Origin: Alphaproteobacteria bacterium
GTDB taxonomy: Bacteria; Pseudomonadota; Alphaproteobacteria; CAAHEQ01; UBA3637
Reading direction: 5' to 3'
Length of the DNA: 53,407 nt
Assembly (NCBI GenBank): GCA_017958225.1
Contig: JAGDDD010000041.1
Location: forward strand, 1-53,407
The notes under the pieces are model-generated. The model was not told the origin of the DNA and made no database searches. It saw nothing but the letters and a program-made list of their open reading frames with translations. Made by a program: the position numbers and the translations under genes. This document shows, piece after piece, positions 19,917 through 30,111 of the stretch; the stretch's first letter is position 1, and the number at the start of each line of letters is the position of its first letter.

Positions 19917-20001
19917 GCGGTCGTGGCGGAATTGGTAGACGCGCAGCGTTGAGGTCGCTGTGGGGAGACCCGTGAAAGTTCAAATCTTTTCGATCGCACC
20001 A
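19917..20001 (+). tRNA. tRNA-Leu(GAG)
   Basis: GCGGTCGTGGCGGAATTGGTAGACGC...TTGAGGT...CGATCGCACCA; long variable arm. Confidence 0.95.
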
Positions 20002-20021
20002 ACATCTATGTAAGATATACA

Positions 20022-20708
20022 ATGACACAACAGGCACATATTTTAGTCGTAGATGACGATAATCGGTTGAGGGGGCTTTTACATCGTTACTTAACGGAAA
20101 ACGGCTTCCTTGTTTCGCAAGCCGCTTGCACTGCGCAGGCGCGCGAGTTGATGAGCACCTTTACCTTTGATCTCATGATTTTGGATGTCATGTTGCCCGA
20201 AGAAAACGGCTTTGACTTTGCCAAGGCTTTACGCCAACAGGGCGTTACCATGCCGATTTTGATGCTGACCGCTATGGGCGAATTGAGTGACCGTATTCAG
20301 GGCTTAGAGAGCGGCGTGGATGATTATTTACCCAAACCTTTTTCTTCTAAAGAACTGTTGTTGAGGATTCAAAGCATTTTGCGTCGTGTGGCGATGCGCG
20401 TTCCGGCGCACACTGAAACTATGCTGCATTTCGGCGATGTCGTCTATGATGTGGAACATCAGGTGATTATGCGCGACAGTCAAGTCGTGCCTTTGACGCA
20501 GGTTGAAAAGACTTTGTTGCGTCTTTTGATTGCTCATATGGGTAATGCTTTGCCACGGTCCGAATTGGCGGCCGGCTTGCAAACAGATAATGAACGCACG
20601 GTCGATGTGCAAGTGAATCGTTTGCGTAAAAAAATAGAGGTCGATCCGAAGGCACCTCGCTATTTACAAACCGTTCGGGGAAAAGGCTATATGTTGTTGC
20701 CCGATTGA
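20022..20708 (+). CDS. OmpR-family response regulator
   Basis: VVDDD, LDVMLP, DDYLPKPF, RTVDVQVNRLRKKIE, TVRGKGY. Confidence 0.95.
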   Translation: MTQQAHILVVDDDNRLRGLLHRYLTENGFLVSQAACTAQARELMSTFTFDLMILDVMLPEENGFDFAKALRQQGVTMPILMLTAMGELSDRIQGLESGVDDYLPKPFSSKELLLRIQSILRRVAMRVPAHTETMLHFGDVVYDVEHQVIMRDSQVVPLTQVEKTLLRLLIAHMGNALPRSELAAGLQTDNERTVDVQVNRLRKKIEVDPKAPRYLQTVRGKGYMLLPD

Positions 20709-20722
20709 AAAAGGCGTAAAGG

Positions 20723-22099
20723 ATGCAAGTTTTTCATATTTGTTGGCGCATTTTATCCGAAATCAACCATTTCCTACGTTTTACATGGGATAAGGTCCGC
20801 AAGAAGTTTTTACCGCAAAGTCTGTTTGCGCGCTTTGTCCTGATTATTTTGATTCCTTTGGTGGTGGTTCAGGTCATTGCCTTTATGATGTTCTATGATT
20901 ATCACTGGCATTTGGTCGGGCGGCGCCTGGCCAACGATGTCGCGGGCGATATTCGGGTGATTGCGGAGTTATACGAAGCCTATCCGCATACCTTGCAGAC
21001 AAAAGCCACTTTGGAAGTGGTGGCCTCTGTGTTGCGCCTGCCATCGAAGTTTTCGCGCGGACGGGAATTGCGCTTGGCGGACGTGCCCGAAAATACGCCG
21101 ATTGTCATGCCTTTGGTGACCGCGGTCAAATCTTTGGGTTATCCCTTTATTATTCAAGAGCATCTGTCCGACGATTATGTGCTTGTCTTTTTACAATTGG
21201 AAAAAGGCGTTGTGTCCGTTACCGTGCCGAAACGCCGGTTTTTTAGTTCATCCACTTACGCCTTTGTGGTGTGGATGATAGGTGTCTCTGTGCTGGTCTT
21301 TTGGATTTCCTTCCTGTTTATGAAGAATCAGGTGCGGTCCGTAACGCGTTTGTCGGTGGCGGCGAATCGCTTTGGTATGGGGCGTCCGGTGGATAGTTTT
21401 AAGCCAGAAGGTGCTACGGAAGTGCGGCGCGCCGGCCAGGCCTTTATGCAAATGAAGGAAAGATTGAGCCGCTATTTGTCCGAGCGGACAAGTATGTTAG
21501 CCGGCGTGTCTCATGACTTGAGAACGCCTTTGACGCGTATGAAACTGCAACTGTCCATGATGGATGATTTGGAAGGGCGCGACGACCTGTTGTCTGATAT
21601 TGACGAAATGCAGCGCATGTTGGAAGGTTATTTGGCGTTTGCGCGCGGGGAAGGCGAAGAAAAAAGTTGTATGAAGGAAGTGTCCGAACTGCTGGCATCT
21701 ATTGTGGAAAAACAAAGACGGTTGGGGCAAAAAATCGATTTCCATGCCGAGCAAAAACAGAATATGCTGCTGCGTCCGGATGCCTTTTCGCGTGCTATTT
21801 CTAATGTGTTGAACAACGCCAATCGTTACGCAAAAAGTGCGTGTATGACCATGAGTGTGCGCGATGGTTCTGTGCATATCATTGTGGATGATGACGGACC
21901 GGGTATTCCTGCAGAAAAACACAGTGATGTGTTCCGTGCGTTTTATCGCCTGGACGAATCCAGAAATACGCAAACCGGCGGCGTCGGTTTAGGGCTGACG
22001 GTCACGCGCGATATTGTGCTCTCGCATGGTGGCGATATTCAATTGGAAGAAAGCCCGATGGGCGGGCTGCGTGTCCACTTACAATTCCCGATAGATTAG
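20723..22099 (+). CDS. EnvZ-like sensor histidine kinase
   Basis: 2 TM, HAMP, SHDLRTPL, NA.RY, DDGPGI, GVGLGL. Confidence 0.95.
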   Translation: MQVFHICWRILSEINHFLRFTWDKVRKKFLPQSLFARFVLIILIPLVVVQVIAFMMFYDYHWHLVGRRLANDVAGDIRVIAELYEAYPHTLQTKATLEVVASVLRLPSKFSRGRELRLADVPENTPIVMPLVTAVKSLGYPFIIQEHLSDDYVLVFLQLEKGVVSVTVPKRRFFSSSTYAFVVWMIGVSVLVFWISFLFMKNQVRSVTRLSVAANRFGMGRPVDSFKPEGATEVRRAGQAFMQMKERLSRYLSERTSMLAGVSHDLRTPLTRMKLQLSMMDDLEGRDDLLSDIDEMQRMLEGYLAFARGEGEEKSCMKEVSELLASIVEKQRRLGQKIDFHAEQKQNMLLRPDAFSRAISNVLNNANRYAKSACMTMSVRDGSVHIIVDDDGPGIPAEKHSDVFRAFYRLDESRNTQTGGVGLGLTVTRDIVLSHGGDIQLEESPMGGLRVHLQFPID

Positions 22100-22563
22100 G
22101 CCTTGGCTTTGGCTTGCACTTCGGCCAACCGCTGTCTATACAGGCTGGCAAAGTCAATCGGGTTGATGGACAAGGCCGGCAGACCGGCTTCGCGTGTCAG
22201 ATTGGCTAATAACGCGCGCGCGTAAGGGAAAATTAAATGCGGCACTTCAATCAACACCAACGGCTGAATATGTTCGGCGGGGGCTTCCACTGTGGCCACG
22301 GCGCCATAGGTCAATTCGCAGATAAAAGCTGGCGATTTGTCCAATGTGGCTTCGGCTTTCAAGGTTAAATCAACCGCAAATTGATTTTTCTTGTCTTCCA
22401 CGGGAACGGCATTGACTTGAACAGCCAAATTGATGGCGGGCGCTTGTTTCAATTCCTGTAACAATTTCGGCATTTTCGGGGCTTCAAACGATAAATCTTT
22501 GACATATTGAGCCTCTATGCGAATAGCAATTGTCGGGGGTGTTTGTTTTTCTTTTTCGGTCAT
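22096..22563 (-). CDS. secB: Protein-export chaperone SecB
   Basis: QYVKDLSFEAP, IFPYAR, INPIDF..LY. Confidence 0.95.
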   Translation of the reverse strand: MTEKEKQTPPTIAIRIEAQYVKDLSFEAPKMPKLLQELKQAPAINLAVQVNAVPVEDKKNQFAVDLTLKAEATLDKSPAFICELTYGAVATVEAPAEHIQPLVLIEVPHLIFPYARALLANLTREAGLPALSINPIDFASLYRQRLAEVQAKAKA

Positions 22564-22701
22564 CAGATACTCCTATACTTGTGAAAACTGTTAAGTGAAT
22601 ATATTTATTATACAAAGAAAAGTAAAGTTGTCATTAAAAAAATCTATACAAAATACTCAAAAAGGCATATACTCATTTCATACACATAAGGAAAAAGAAA
22701 A

Positions 22702-23277
22702 ATGCATGCAGAATGGATTATTTTAACGGTTGTCGCTTGTGTCATTATTTCCAAGTTGATGTCGGTATTGGGCAAAGAGTCGGGGCCTATGGCGCAGGTA
22801 AAACCTGTCATGGCACGACCGGTGATGATATTAAACAAAAAGAACGTTGCGATCAAAGATGTGGCCGCTTTTGATGAGCAGGGCTTTTTGTTGTTCGCGC
22901 GTCTGGTGTTTGGCTCGGTGGTAGAAGCGTTTGCGTCCGGGCGTAAAGAGACTTTGCAAATGTGGTTGGCTAAACCCGTTTTGGACGCTTTTACCAAAGA
23001 CATCGATCGGCGCCAAAAATTAGGGCAAAAGGTTGAGTTTTCGTTGATTTCGATTCCCTCGGCCAAAATTATTGCCAAGAAAGACAATCCCTTGACAATT
23101 ACCGTGGCCTTTGATTCCGAACAGGTCAATGCGTTGAAAGACAAAGACGGTCGTGTGTTAGAGGGCGATCCTTTGATTATCAGCAAGTTAAAAGACGTGT
23201 GGACCTTTGAGGCGCGTAACAGCGTCAAGGCTATGTGGGTGGTCACGGAAACGCATAGTGAGGTTGCTTATGCATAA
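22702..23277 (+). CDS. Tim44/TimA family protein
   Basis: FDEQGFL, EAFASG, DVWTF; canonical position between secB and mltA. Confidence 0.88.
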   Translation: MHAEWIILTVVACVIISKLMSVLGKESGPMAQVKPVMARPVMILNKKNVAIKDVAAFDEQGFLLFARLVFGSVVEAFASGRKETLQMWLAKPVLDAFTKDIDRRQKLGQKVEFSLISIPSAKIIAKKDNPLTITVAFDSEQVNALKDKDGRVLEGDPLIISKLKDVWTFEARNSVKAMWVVTETHSEVAYA

Positions 23278-24367
23278 ATACTTCGCCTTGTTGGTGTTGG
23301 GCCTTTTGGCCGCGTGTGCTTCGCGCATATCTCCGACGGGCGTGTCTTATGAAAAGATTTCCTTTCGCCAGATAGATGGTTGGTATCAGGACGATTTTGC
23401 GCAAGCCTATCCGGCGCTGATTAAATCTTGCACCGCACCGGCTCCGGCCTGGCACAAGTTTTGTGAAAAACTACACGACATTAAAGAGCCGACATCCGCC
23501 TCGATTCGCAAGTTGATCGAATATTATTTAACGCCGTATCAAGTGTATGCCAATGGCCAAAAGGAAGGGCGTTTTACCGGTTATTACGAGGCCTTTTTAA
23601 AGGGCTCGCCCAAGCGAACATCGACTTACACAACGCCTATTTACGGGATTCCGGCAGATTTAGTCAAAGTTGATTTGTCTTTGTTCGGTGTTGAGGGGCA
23701 GCGTCCCTATTTGATGGGGCGTGTGCAAGACGGTCGCCTGGTGCCTTATTACACGCGTCAGCAGATAACCGACAATGCGGTTAAAGAGCAGGTGATTGCC
23801 TGGGTTGATCCGGTGGATGCGTTTATGCTCCATATACAAGGCTCCGGCCGCGTCCAAATGGACAATCAGATGTTGTATCTGAACTATGCCGCCGATAACG
23901 GACACAAGTTTGTGGGCATTGGGCAGTTGATGAAGCAACAGGGCCTGTTAGAGCCGGGTAAGGCGTCTATGCCCGATATTCGTCAATGGTTGAAACAGCA
24001 TCCGAAACAGGCGCAGGCATTGATGAATCAAAACCCCAGATATATCTTTTTCAAAAGTGTGCCGGAAGCGTCCGGGCCTATCGGGGCGGCCGGTGTATCT
24101 TTAACGCCTTTGCGCAGTATGGCGGTAGATTCGCGTTACATTGCGCTCAACACACCGATTTTCCTCAATACAACTGATCCTGACGGGCGGCCTTTGCGGC
24201 GTTTGGTGGTGGCGCAGGATGTCGGCAGCGCGATTACCGGCGAAATTCGCGGCGATTATTTTTGGGGTTATGGCGAAGAAGCCTTTGAGCAAGCTGGTCG
24301 CATGAACAGTGCGGGCAGTTATGTTATCTTCTGGCCAAAAGAGGCGGATTTACCGATACAACGCTGA
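23270..24367 (+). CDS. mltA: Murein transglycosylase A (lipoprotein)
   Basis: LAAC lipobox, FTGYYE, HIQGSG, AVD, QDVGSAI, D.FWG (3D domain). Confidence 0.93.
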   Translation: MHKYFALLVLGLLAACASRISPTGVSYEKISFRQIDGWYQDDFAQAYPALIKSCTAPAPAWHKFCEKLHDIKEPTSASIRKLIEYYLTPYQVYANGQKEGRFTGYYEAFLKGSPKRTSTYTTPIYGIPADLVKVDLSLFGVEGQRPYLMGRVQDGRLVPYYTRQQITDNAVKEQVIAWVDPVDAFMLHIQGSGRVQMDNQMLYLNYAADNGHKFVGIGQLMKQQGLLEPGKASMPDIRQWLKQHPKQAQALMNQNPRYIFFKSVPEASGPIGAAGVSLTPLRSMAVDSRYIALNTPIFLNTTDPDGRPLRRLVVAQDVGSAITGEIRGDYFWGYGEEAFEQAGRMNSAGSYVIFWPKEADLPIQR

Positions 24368-24744
24368 TGTTACCCGATATAAGCGACATTGAATTGTGGG
24401 AAAGAGTGAAACGGACGGTAACGCCGTTGTCTAAAGCGGTGCGCGCGTCTTTGCACAGAACTTGGTTTATGCCGGCGCAGCCTCGGCGATTAGATTTACA
24501 TGGCTATACCGTGCAAGAAGCCTATAAGCATACGTTGTCTGAAATACAGGCATCGGCGCGGCGTGGCGAAAAGCAATTGCTGATTATTACGGGCAAAGGC
24601 GTGGGCGGTAAAGGTGTCCTTAAGCGTGAATTGCCTTTGTGGCTGGAGACGGCGCGCTTGCCGGTGGCATCTGTTCAACAAGCGCCCGCGAAACAGGGTG
24701 GCGAAGGCGCCTATATTGTGAAATTAAAACGGAGAACAAAATGA
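24367..24744 (+). CDS. Smr domain protein
   Basis: LDLHG, IITGKG, GGEGA. Confidence 0.92.
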   Translation: MLPDISDIELWERVKRTVTPLSKAVRASLHRTWFMPAQPRRLDLHGYTVQEAYKHTLSEIQASARRGEKQLLIITGKGVGGKGVLKRELPLWLETARLPVASVQQAPAKQGGEGAYIVKLKRRTK

Positions 24745-25772
24745 TAGTGATGGGCATTGAAAGCAGTTGTGATGAAACAGCCTGCGGTATTGTCAATGAG
24801 AAAAAAGAGATTTTGGGCTCGGTTGTGTGGTCTCAATATGATGAGCATCGGCGCTTTGGCGGTGTCGTGCCGGAAATTGCGGCGCGTGCCCATTTGGAGC
24901 AAATCGATATTTTAATTACGGAGGCGATGCGCCAAGCCAATGTGGGCTTTCAAGATCTATCTGCCATAGCGGTGGCGGCCGGTCCAGGCCTTATTGGTGG
25001 TGTGTTGGTCGGGGCAATGACGGCCAAAGCGATTGCCTGGGCGCGTCAATTGCCCTTTATTGCGGTCAATCATTTGTCCGGCCATGCCTTGATGGCGCGC
25101 ATGACTGAAGACATTGAGTTCCCCTATCTTTTGTTGTTGGTGTCCGGCGGACATTGCCAGATTTTGGCGGTGGAATCGCCTAATGTTTATGTCAAACTGG
25201 GGGGCACAGTGGATGATTCGGCCGGCGAGGCCTTTGATAAAGTGGCCAAGATGTTGGACATCGGTTACCCCGGTGGGCCTGCGGTGGATCGCTTGGCGGC
25301 ACAGGGTAATCCGAAACGCTTTGTCTTGCCCAAGCCGATGAAGGGACGCCCGGGATGTGACTTTTCTTTTTCCGGACTGAAAACAGCGGTGCGTATGCTG
25401 ATTGATAAACAAGCCCCGTTGAGCCAACAGGACAAAGCGGATATTTGTGCCGCCTTTCAAGCAACTGTTATTTGTGTGATAGAAGATCGTTTGAAACATG
25501 CCATCAAGTTGTTTAAGCAACGCTATCCGCAAGGCAAACATTTGGTTGTGTCGGGTGGCGTGGCGGCGAATACTGCGTTGCGTGCCGCATTAAAGCAATT
25601 GGCCGCTCAACAAGGGATGATTTTCTCGGCGCCGCCGGTGTCTTTATGCACAGATAACGGGGTGATGATTGCGTGGGCAGGCTTGGAACGTTTCCGTTTA
25701 GGCCTGGTGGATACACTGGATTTCAAAGCGCGCCCGCGGTGGCCTCTTGACAGTTTAAGCGAAACTAATTAA
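24741..25772 (+). CDS. tsaD: tRNA threonylcarbamoyltransferase TsaD
   Basis: GIESSCDET, GGVVPE, VNHLSGH, SGGH, GEAFDK, DNGVMIA. Confidence 0.96.
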   Translation: MIVMGIESSCDETACGIVNEKKEILGSVVWSQYDEHRRFGGVVPEIAARAHLEQIDILITEAMRQANVGFQDLSAIAVAAGPGLIGGVLVGAMTAKAIAWARQLPFIAVNHLSGHALMARMTEDIEFPYLLLLVSGGHCQILAVESPNVYVKLGGTVDDSAGEAFDKVAKMLDIGYPGGPAVDRLAAQGNPKRFVLPKPMKGRPGCDFSFSGLKTAVRMLIDKQAPLSQQDKADICAAFQATVICVIEDRLKHAIKLFKQRYPQGKHLVVSGGVAANTALRAALKQLAAQQGMIFSAPPVSLCTDNGVMIAWAGLERFRLGLVDTLDFKARPRWPLDSLSETN

Positions 25773-25802
25773 GTTGTTAGTATCAAACAAAAGGAGAAAA
25801 CT

Positions 25803-26114
25803 ATGGATATAATCACTGATGAAAACTTTGCCAAAGAAGTCTTGCAATCTGATAAGCCTGTGGTGGTAGATTTTTTTGCAGAGTGGTGTGGCCCTTGTCG
25901 TCAAATGTTGCCAGTTGTGGCACAAATTGCCGAGGAACGCACAGATATTAAAATCTTTAAAATGAACGTGGACGAAGCGCCGAAAACGCCCGTGGAATAT
26001 GGTGTCCAAAGTATTCCGACATTTATTTTGTTTAAGCAGGGCCAGGCGGTGGATATGTTAGTCGGGAGCGCGACCAAGTCAGAAATCGTCCAATGGATTG
26101 ACAGCAAGATTTAA
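25803..26114 (+). CDS. trxA: Thioredoxin
   Basis: WCGPC, SIPT. Confidence 0.95.
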   Translation: MDIITDENFAKEVLQSDKPVVVDFFAEWCGPCRQMLPVVAQIAEERTDIKIFKMNVDEAPKTPVEYGVQSIPTFILFKQGQAVDMLVGSATKSEIVQWIDSKI

Positions 26115-27418
26115 TTTATCTCGCGCTTTAACATATTTTGTAATTGTTCTAATTTGTGGTATTTGACGCTGTCCGGCGGCAAGGTTTTTTGTGCACGCTC
26201 GCTTTTATCCAGGGCTTGTTGCGTATCTCCGATGGCAGCAAAGTATTCGGCCAAAGCATAGTCGGCTTCGGCGGTCTGTCCTGCGCGCCCGTATAAGATA
26301 CTTTGTAAGCGCCAGGCTTGCGGTAAATACGCGTCATGCGCCAAGATAAAATCAATTTGTTTTTGCGCCTTTTTGTCATTGTCGGGCCGGTTTGTTTCGA
26401 TCAAGGCGTGGGCTAAGGCACAACGAATCAGTGTATCTTTGGGGAGCAATTCCACCGCTTTTTGATAACTGATAATGGCTTGTTCAATCTGGCCCGTTTC
26501 AAACAGAATCTGGCCTTTTAATTCGTGGAAATACGGGTTGGACGGTGCGCGCTTGATTAAAATATCCAGCTCTGCCAGGGCTTTTTGTATCTCTGTTTGC
26601 TTAAAATAGGCAATGGCGCGGGCATAGTGTGAAGCATCTGTGTTGTCATGATATGTGCTAAATGTCCGATTGGGCTCGCTGACGAAGGCATATAACTTGG
26701 CTTTTGCCAACAGAAAAGCGATGTCGTCTTGTCGCGGATAGGCATTTTTATTGCGTTCTATAAAGGTGATTCTGTCTTTGGTTAAGGGGTGCGTGCGCAA
26801 ATACGAGATGTTGTCGTCAATCTCTATTCTTTCTTGCTGTTGAATAATCTTCATCATTTCCAAAAAACCGACGGACGAGATACGATTTTTGTTGAGCAGA
26901 GACAGGGCCGCCTGGTCCGCCGAACTTTCTTCTGATTGCTGATACGCGCTGAAAAAGCCTTGGGCGGTGTTCATGCCGCCTAACATGACCGCTAAACCGA
27001 CATCCGCCCGGCCGGACGCCATGGCCGCCAATATGCCCAGTAAGGTGGTGGCAACGGTTGTGCTTTGCATTTTGGCATAAGCGCCTTGTGAGCGCAAAAT
27101 ATGTCCGCCCATTAAATGCCCTGTTTCGTGGGCTAATACACCGGTTATTTGGTCGCTGTGTGTTGCGTTGAGCAAAAGCCCTGTATGGACAAACACCGTC
27201 GTTCCGCCGACCACAAAGGCATTTAAGGTATTGTCATTGATAAGGATAACGCGGGCGTTACTGGTGGACAGACCGGCCGTTTTGAAAAGCTGTCGCGTCT
27301 GGGTCAAAAGATAATTTTCTATTTCACTGTCACGAATAAGAGATAAGGGCTTGCCAAATGCTACATTTTGTGGCATAACAAATAAAAATAAACAGATAAG
27401 GAACCAAACAATGCGCAT
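26111..27418 (-). CDS. M48 family metalloprotease with TPRs (BepA-like)
   Basis: Signal peptide, LNAF, HETGH, E..AD, THP, TPR-like C-terminus; GGAG RBS. Confidence 0.92.
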   Translation of the reverse strand: MRIVWFLICLFLFVMPQNVAFGKPLSLIRDSEIENYLLTQTRQLFKTAGLSTSNARVILINDNTLNAFVVGGTTVFVHTGLLLNATHSDQITGVLAHETGHLMGGHILRSQGAYAKMQSTTVATTLLGILAAMASGRADVGLAVMLGGMNTAQGFFSAYQQSEESSADQAALSLLNKNRISSVGFLEMMKIIQQQERIEIDDNISYLRTHPLTKDRITFIERNKNAYPRQDDIAFLLAKAKLYAFVSEPNRTFSTYHDNTDASHYARAIAYFKQTEIQKALAELDILIKRAPSNPYFHELKGQILFETGQIEQAIISYQKAVELLPKDTLIRCALAHALIETNRPDNDKKAQKQIDFILAHDAYLPQAWRLQSILYGRAGQTAEADYALAEYFAAIGDTQQALDKSERAQKTLPPDSVKYHKLEQLQNMLKREIN

Positions 27419-28643
27419 TTTTTCTCCAAAAGCACTTCATTATATAAGGCTCGGCACTTTAAGTCAATTTGTAATTTTAAGCCTGTTGGCCGCTTGTCAT
27501 TATGCTCCGGCCGTGAAAGAGGCGGATGTGGTCGGCTTTACCGGCGCGACAAACGAGCGGACAGCCTTGGTCGGTGAAAGGGTGTTGCGTCAAGATGGCA
27601 ATGCGGCCGATGCGGCAGTGGCTATGCTGTTGCATCAAGCGGTGGTGTTGCCTTCGCGTGCCGGTTTGGGTAGCGGTGGTGTGTGTCAGGTGTTGGACCC
27701 GGAAAGCGGACAAGTCAAGACTCTGACTTTTGTGTCCAAAAAGGCATCGTCCAGCGTTGGTATTCCGGCTTTACCCAAAGGGGCATCTGCCTTGCACGCG
27801 CGCTATGGACAACTGCGGTGGAACGAGGTGGTGCGTCCGGCATATGAGGCCGCGCAAAAGCGCATAGAAGTCTCAGCCTTGTTGAAACAGGACATGGAAC
27901 AATACCCTAACAGTGTGTTTGATAAGTCTATCTTGAAACAAGACACTTTGGTCACGACGCTGCAAGAGATGATGCAAAAGGGGGCCGGCACGTTCTATAA
28001 GGGCGAGTTGGGCAAGGCGATTATCAGCGAACATGCGGATCATTTGAACGAGCAGCATTATCAAGGCTATTCGGTCGCCTGGACAGATTCGATTGCTGTT
28101 AAATCTGCAGAAGGTAAGGGGTATTTCCCCAACACACCTGCGGCAGGACGGGCAGCGCCTGATTTGTGGAAATGGGCGCGCGACAATACAGATGTTGAGC
28201 AAATTGACGATGTCGGCGAGATGCCTATGTTTGCCGATCAAGAAATTAAAAGTGCGTCTGTCGTTGCGGTCGATTCGTCCGGCATGGTTGTGGCTTGTTC
28301 TGTGTCTTTGGGCAGTGTTTTCGGTTCGCACGTCTTTTCGAAAGAGGGCGGTTTTTATTTATCTAGCCCGCTTACGTCCTTGCAAGACTATCTGTTTAGC
28401 GCCATTTGGACACAACCCGAATCGTCCAGGATGGTTTATGTGGCGACAGCGCTTGACAATCGTGCTGTGGCTCGGGGTGTGCGCGTGGCGCGTGAAGTTT
28501 TGCAAAAAGGCAACAGTATGCAAGATGCTATCGAATCTGCGTCCGACACACAAGAACGGGATGTCGCTTTGGTTTGCTTGCCGGATGGCCTGGCCGCACC
28601 TTCGACCTGTCAAACTCAGGCCATGCGCATGATTGTAAAATAG
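27411..28643 (+). CDS. Gamma-glutamyltransferase-like lipoprotein (divergent, shortened)
   Basis: LAAC lipobox, GNAADAAVA, GLGSGG, FYKG, VAVDSSG; start uncertain. Confidence 0.75.
   Translation: MRIFSPKALHYIRLGTLSQFVILSLLAACHYAPAVKEADVVGFTGATNERTALVGERVLRQDGNAADAAVAMLLHQAVVLPSRAGLGSGGVCQVLDPESGQVKTLTFVSKKASSSVGIPALPKGASALHARYGQLRWNEVVRPAYEAAQKRIEVSALLKQDMEQYPNSVFDKSILKQDTLVTTLQEMMQKGAGTFYKGELGKAIISEHADHLNEQHYQGYSVAWTDSIAVKSAEGKGYFPNTPAAGRAAPDLWKWARDNTDVEQIDDVGEMPMFADQEIKSASVVAVDSSGMVVACSVSLGSVFGSHVFSKEGGFYLSSPLTSLQDYLFSAIWTQPESSRMVYVATALDNRAVARGVRVAREVLQKGNSMQDAIESASDTQERDVALVCLPDGLAAPSTCQTQAMRMIVK
27439..27467 (-). promoter_or_regulatory. Sigma70-type promoter of the M48 gene
   Basis: TTGACT-17 bp-TATAAT on the minus strand. 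Confidence 0.7.
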
Positions 28644-28679
28644 TTGACTTTATCTGAAAAGAGTTTTACAAAAGAACTT

Positions 28680-29186
28680 ATGATACAAATGACCGACATA
28701 AAAAGATATTTACGCAAGGAAAAAGAACTGTGTGCGGGGCTGTGCGTCCTGTTGCTTTGTGTCTTGTTCATTTGCCTAATTTATAATCGTCGCGCTCTGC
28801 GGCCTGAGGCTGATTTCAGTTTGTTGGCTACCTTTAAAAAGGTGGATGGTATTCGTGAAGGAACGCCGGTGCGTATGGGTGGAATCTATGTCGGGTCCGT
28901 GCAATCTTTGTCGCTGGCAGATGATTATTATGTGCATGTCGTCTTGCGCTTTGACAAGGTCTATCCCGTGCCCGATGATACGGTGGCGATGATTGTGTCC
29001 AGCGGGTTTTTGGGTCCTAAATATATAGAATTGATGGTGGGCGGCAGTGATGATATGCTGGAAAGTGGTGATACCTTGGCCTATACACAAGATGTATTGC
29101 TCATCGATGAGTTATTCCAACGTGTTTTGAGCATGATGCGCGCGAAAAAACTGCCCAACAAGGGTGTAGAAGGAGAACAAAAATGA
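28680..29186 (+). CDS. MlaD/MCE family protein
   Basis: VDGIREGTPVRMGGIYVGSV, GFLGPKYIEL; start may be 28689. Confidence 0.88.
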   Translation: MIQMTDIKRYLRKEKELCAGLCVLLLCVLFICLIYNRRALRPEADFSLLATFKKVDGIREGTPVRMGGIYVGSVQSLSLADDYYVHVVLRFDKVYPVPDDTVAMIVSSGFLGPKYIELMVGGSDDMLESGDTLAYTQDVLLIDELFQRVLSMMRAKKLPNKGVEGEQK

Positions 29187-29638
29187 AGAAAAGTCCCATA
29201 GAAGCGATTTTGGGTTTTGCCGTCGTGGCCTTTACAATCTTTTTCTTGGCATTTGCTGCCTTTAAGATTGATGTGGGCAAGATTGACGGTTACCCTGTCA
29301 ATGCTAAGTTTTCCAAAGTTGGCGGGTTAGAGTTGGGCGCTGATGTCGTTATCAATGGTATCAAGGTCGGTTCTGTCGTCGATGTGTATTTGGATGACGA
29401 GTATTCGGCCAATATCAAGATGATGATTAAACACAATATCTCTTTGCCGATTGATTCTGTGGCTGTGATTGCGGACGCCGGCCTGATGGGCTCAAAATAT
29501 ATTCGTTTAGAGCCGGGTATGGATAAGCAAAAGATTCAAAAAAATGGTGGCGGTGTGCTGAAGACGAAAGATTATCGTTCCTTTGAAGACAACGTCAGTG
29601 AGTTTATCTTTTTGTCGGTCAAGGACGATCAGAAATAA
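29183..29638 (+). CDS. MlaD/MCE family protein
   Basis: GGLELGADVVINGIKVGSV, GLMGSKYIRLEPG. Confidence 0.9.
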   Translation: MKKSPIEAILGFAVVAFTIFFLAFAAFKIDVGKIDGYPVNAKFSKVGGLELGADVVINGIKVGSVVDVYLDDEYSANIKMMIKHNISLPIDSVAVIADAGLMGSKYIRLEPGMDKQKIQKNGGGVLKTKDYRSFEDNVSEFIFLSVKDDQK

Positions 29639-29646
29639 GAGGCAAT

Positions 29647-30111
29647 ATGTTTAAGTGGTTGACAGTCTTTTTGATGTGTGCCAGTGTGGCGCTGGCGACA
29701 GATTTGCCGCGTAAGGTCGCGGTTATCAGAGGTTTGGACAAGATTACGGGACGCACAAAAACTTTTGCTGTGCCTGTGGGCTCATCTGTTCAGTTCGGCA
29801 AGATTTTCATTGAGCCGAAATCTTGTTTTTCTCATCCGCCAGAAGAATCGCCCGAAGATTCCGCTTTTTTGTATATTTACGAAAAAACAGACACGGCGCG
29901 GGAAATGTTCCAAGGCTGGATGTTTTCTTCCGATCCGGCGTTATCTACGATGGAAGATCCGGTCTATGATGTGTGGTTATTAGCCTGTCAAAATGGTGAG
30001 AATATTGCTTCTCAGGAAAAGAACGCCGAAAAGTCGGTCGAACCCGCGCCAGAGCCTGAGACAACAGAGACGACGGAAGAGCACACTTCTCAAGAAGAAA
30101 TTACAGATTAA
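29647..30111 (+). CDS. DUF2155 family protein
   Basis: LDKITGR, FQGWMFSSDPALS.MEDPVYDVWL. Confidence 0.9.
   Translation: MFKWLTVFLMCASVALATDLPRKVAVIRGLDKITGRTKTFAVPVGSSVQFGKIFIEPKSCFSHPPEESPEDSAFLYIYEKTDTAREMFQGWMFSSDPALSTMEDPVYDVWLLACQNGENIASQEKNAEKSVEPAPEPETTETTEEHTSQEEITD

Noticed and set aside
19823-20005. 60-aa minus-strand ORF
   Set aside because: Antisense to tRNA-Leu(GAG)
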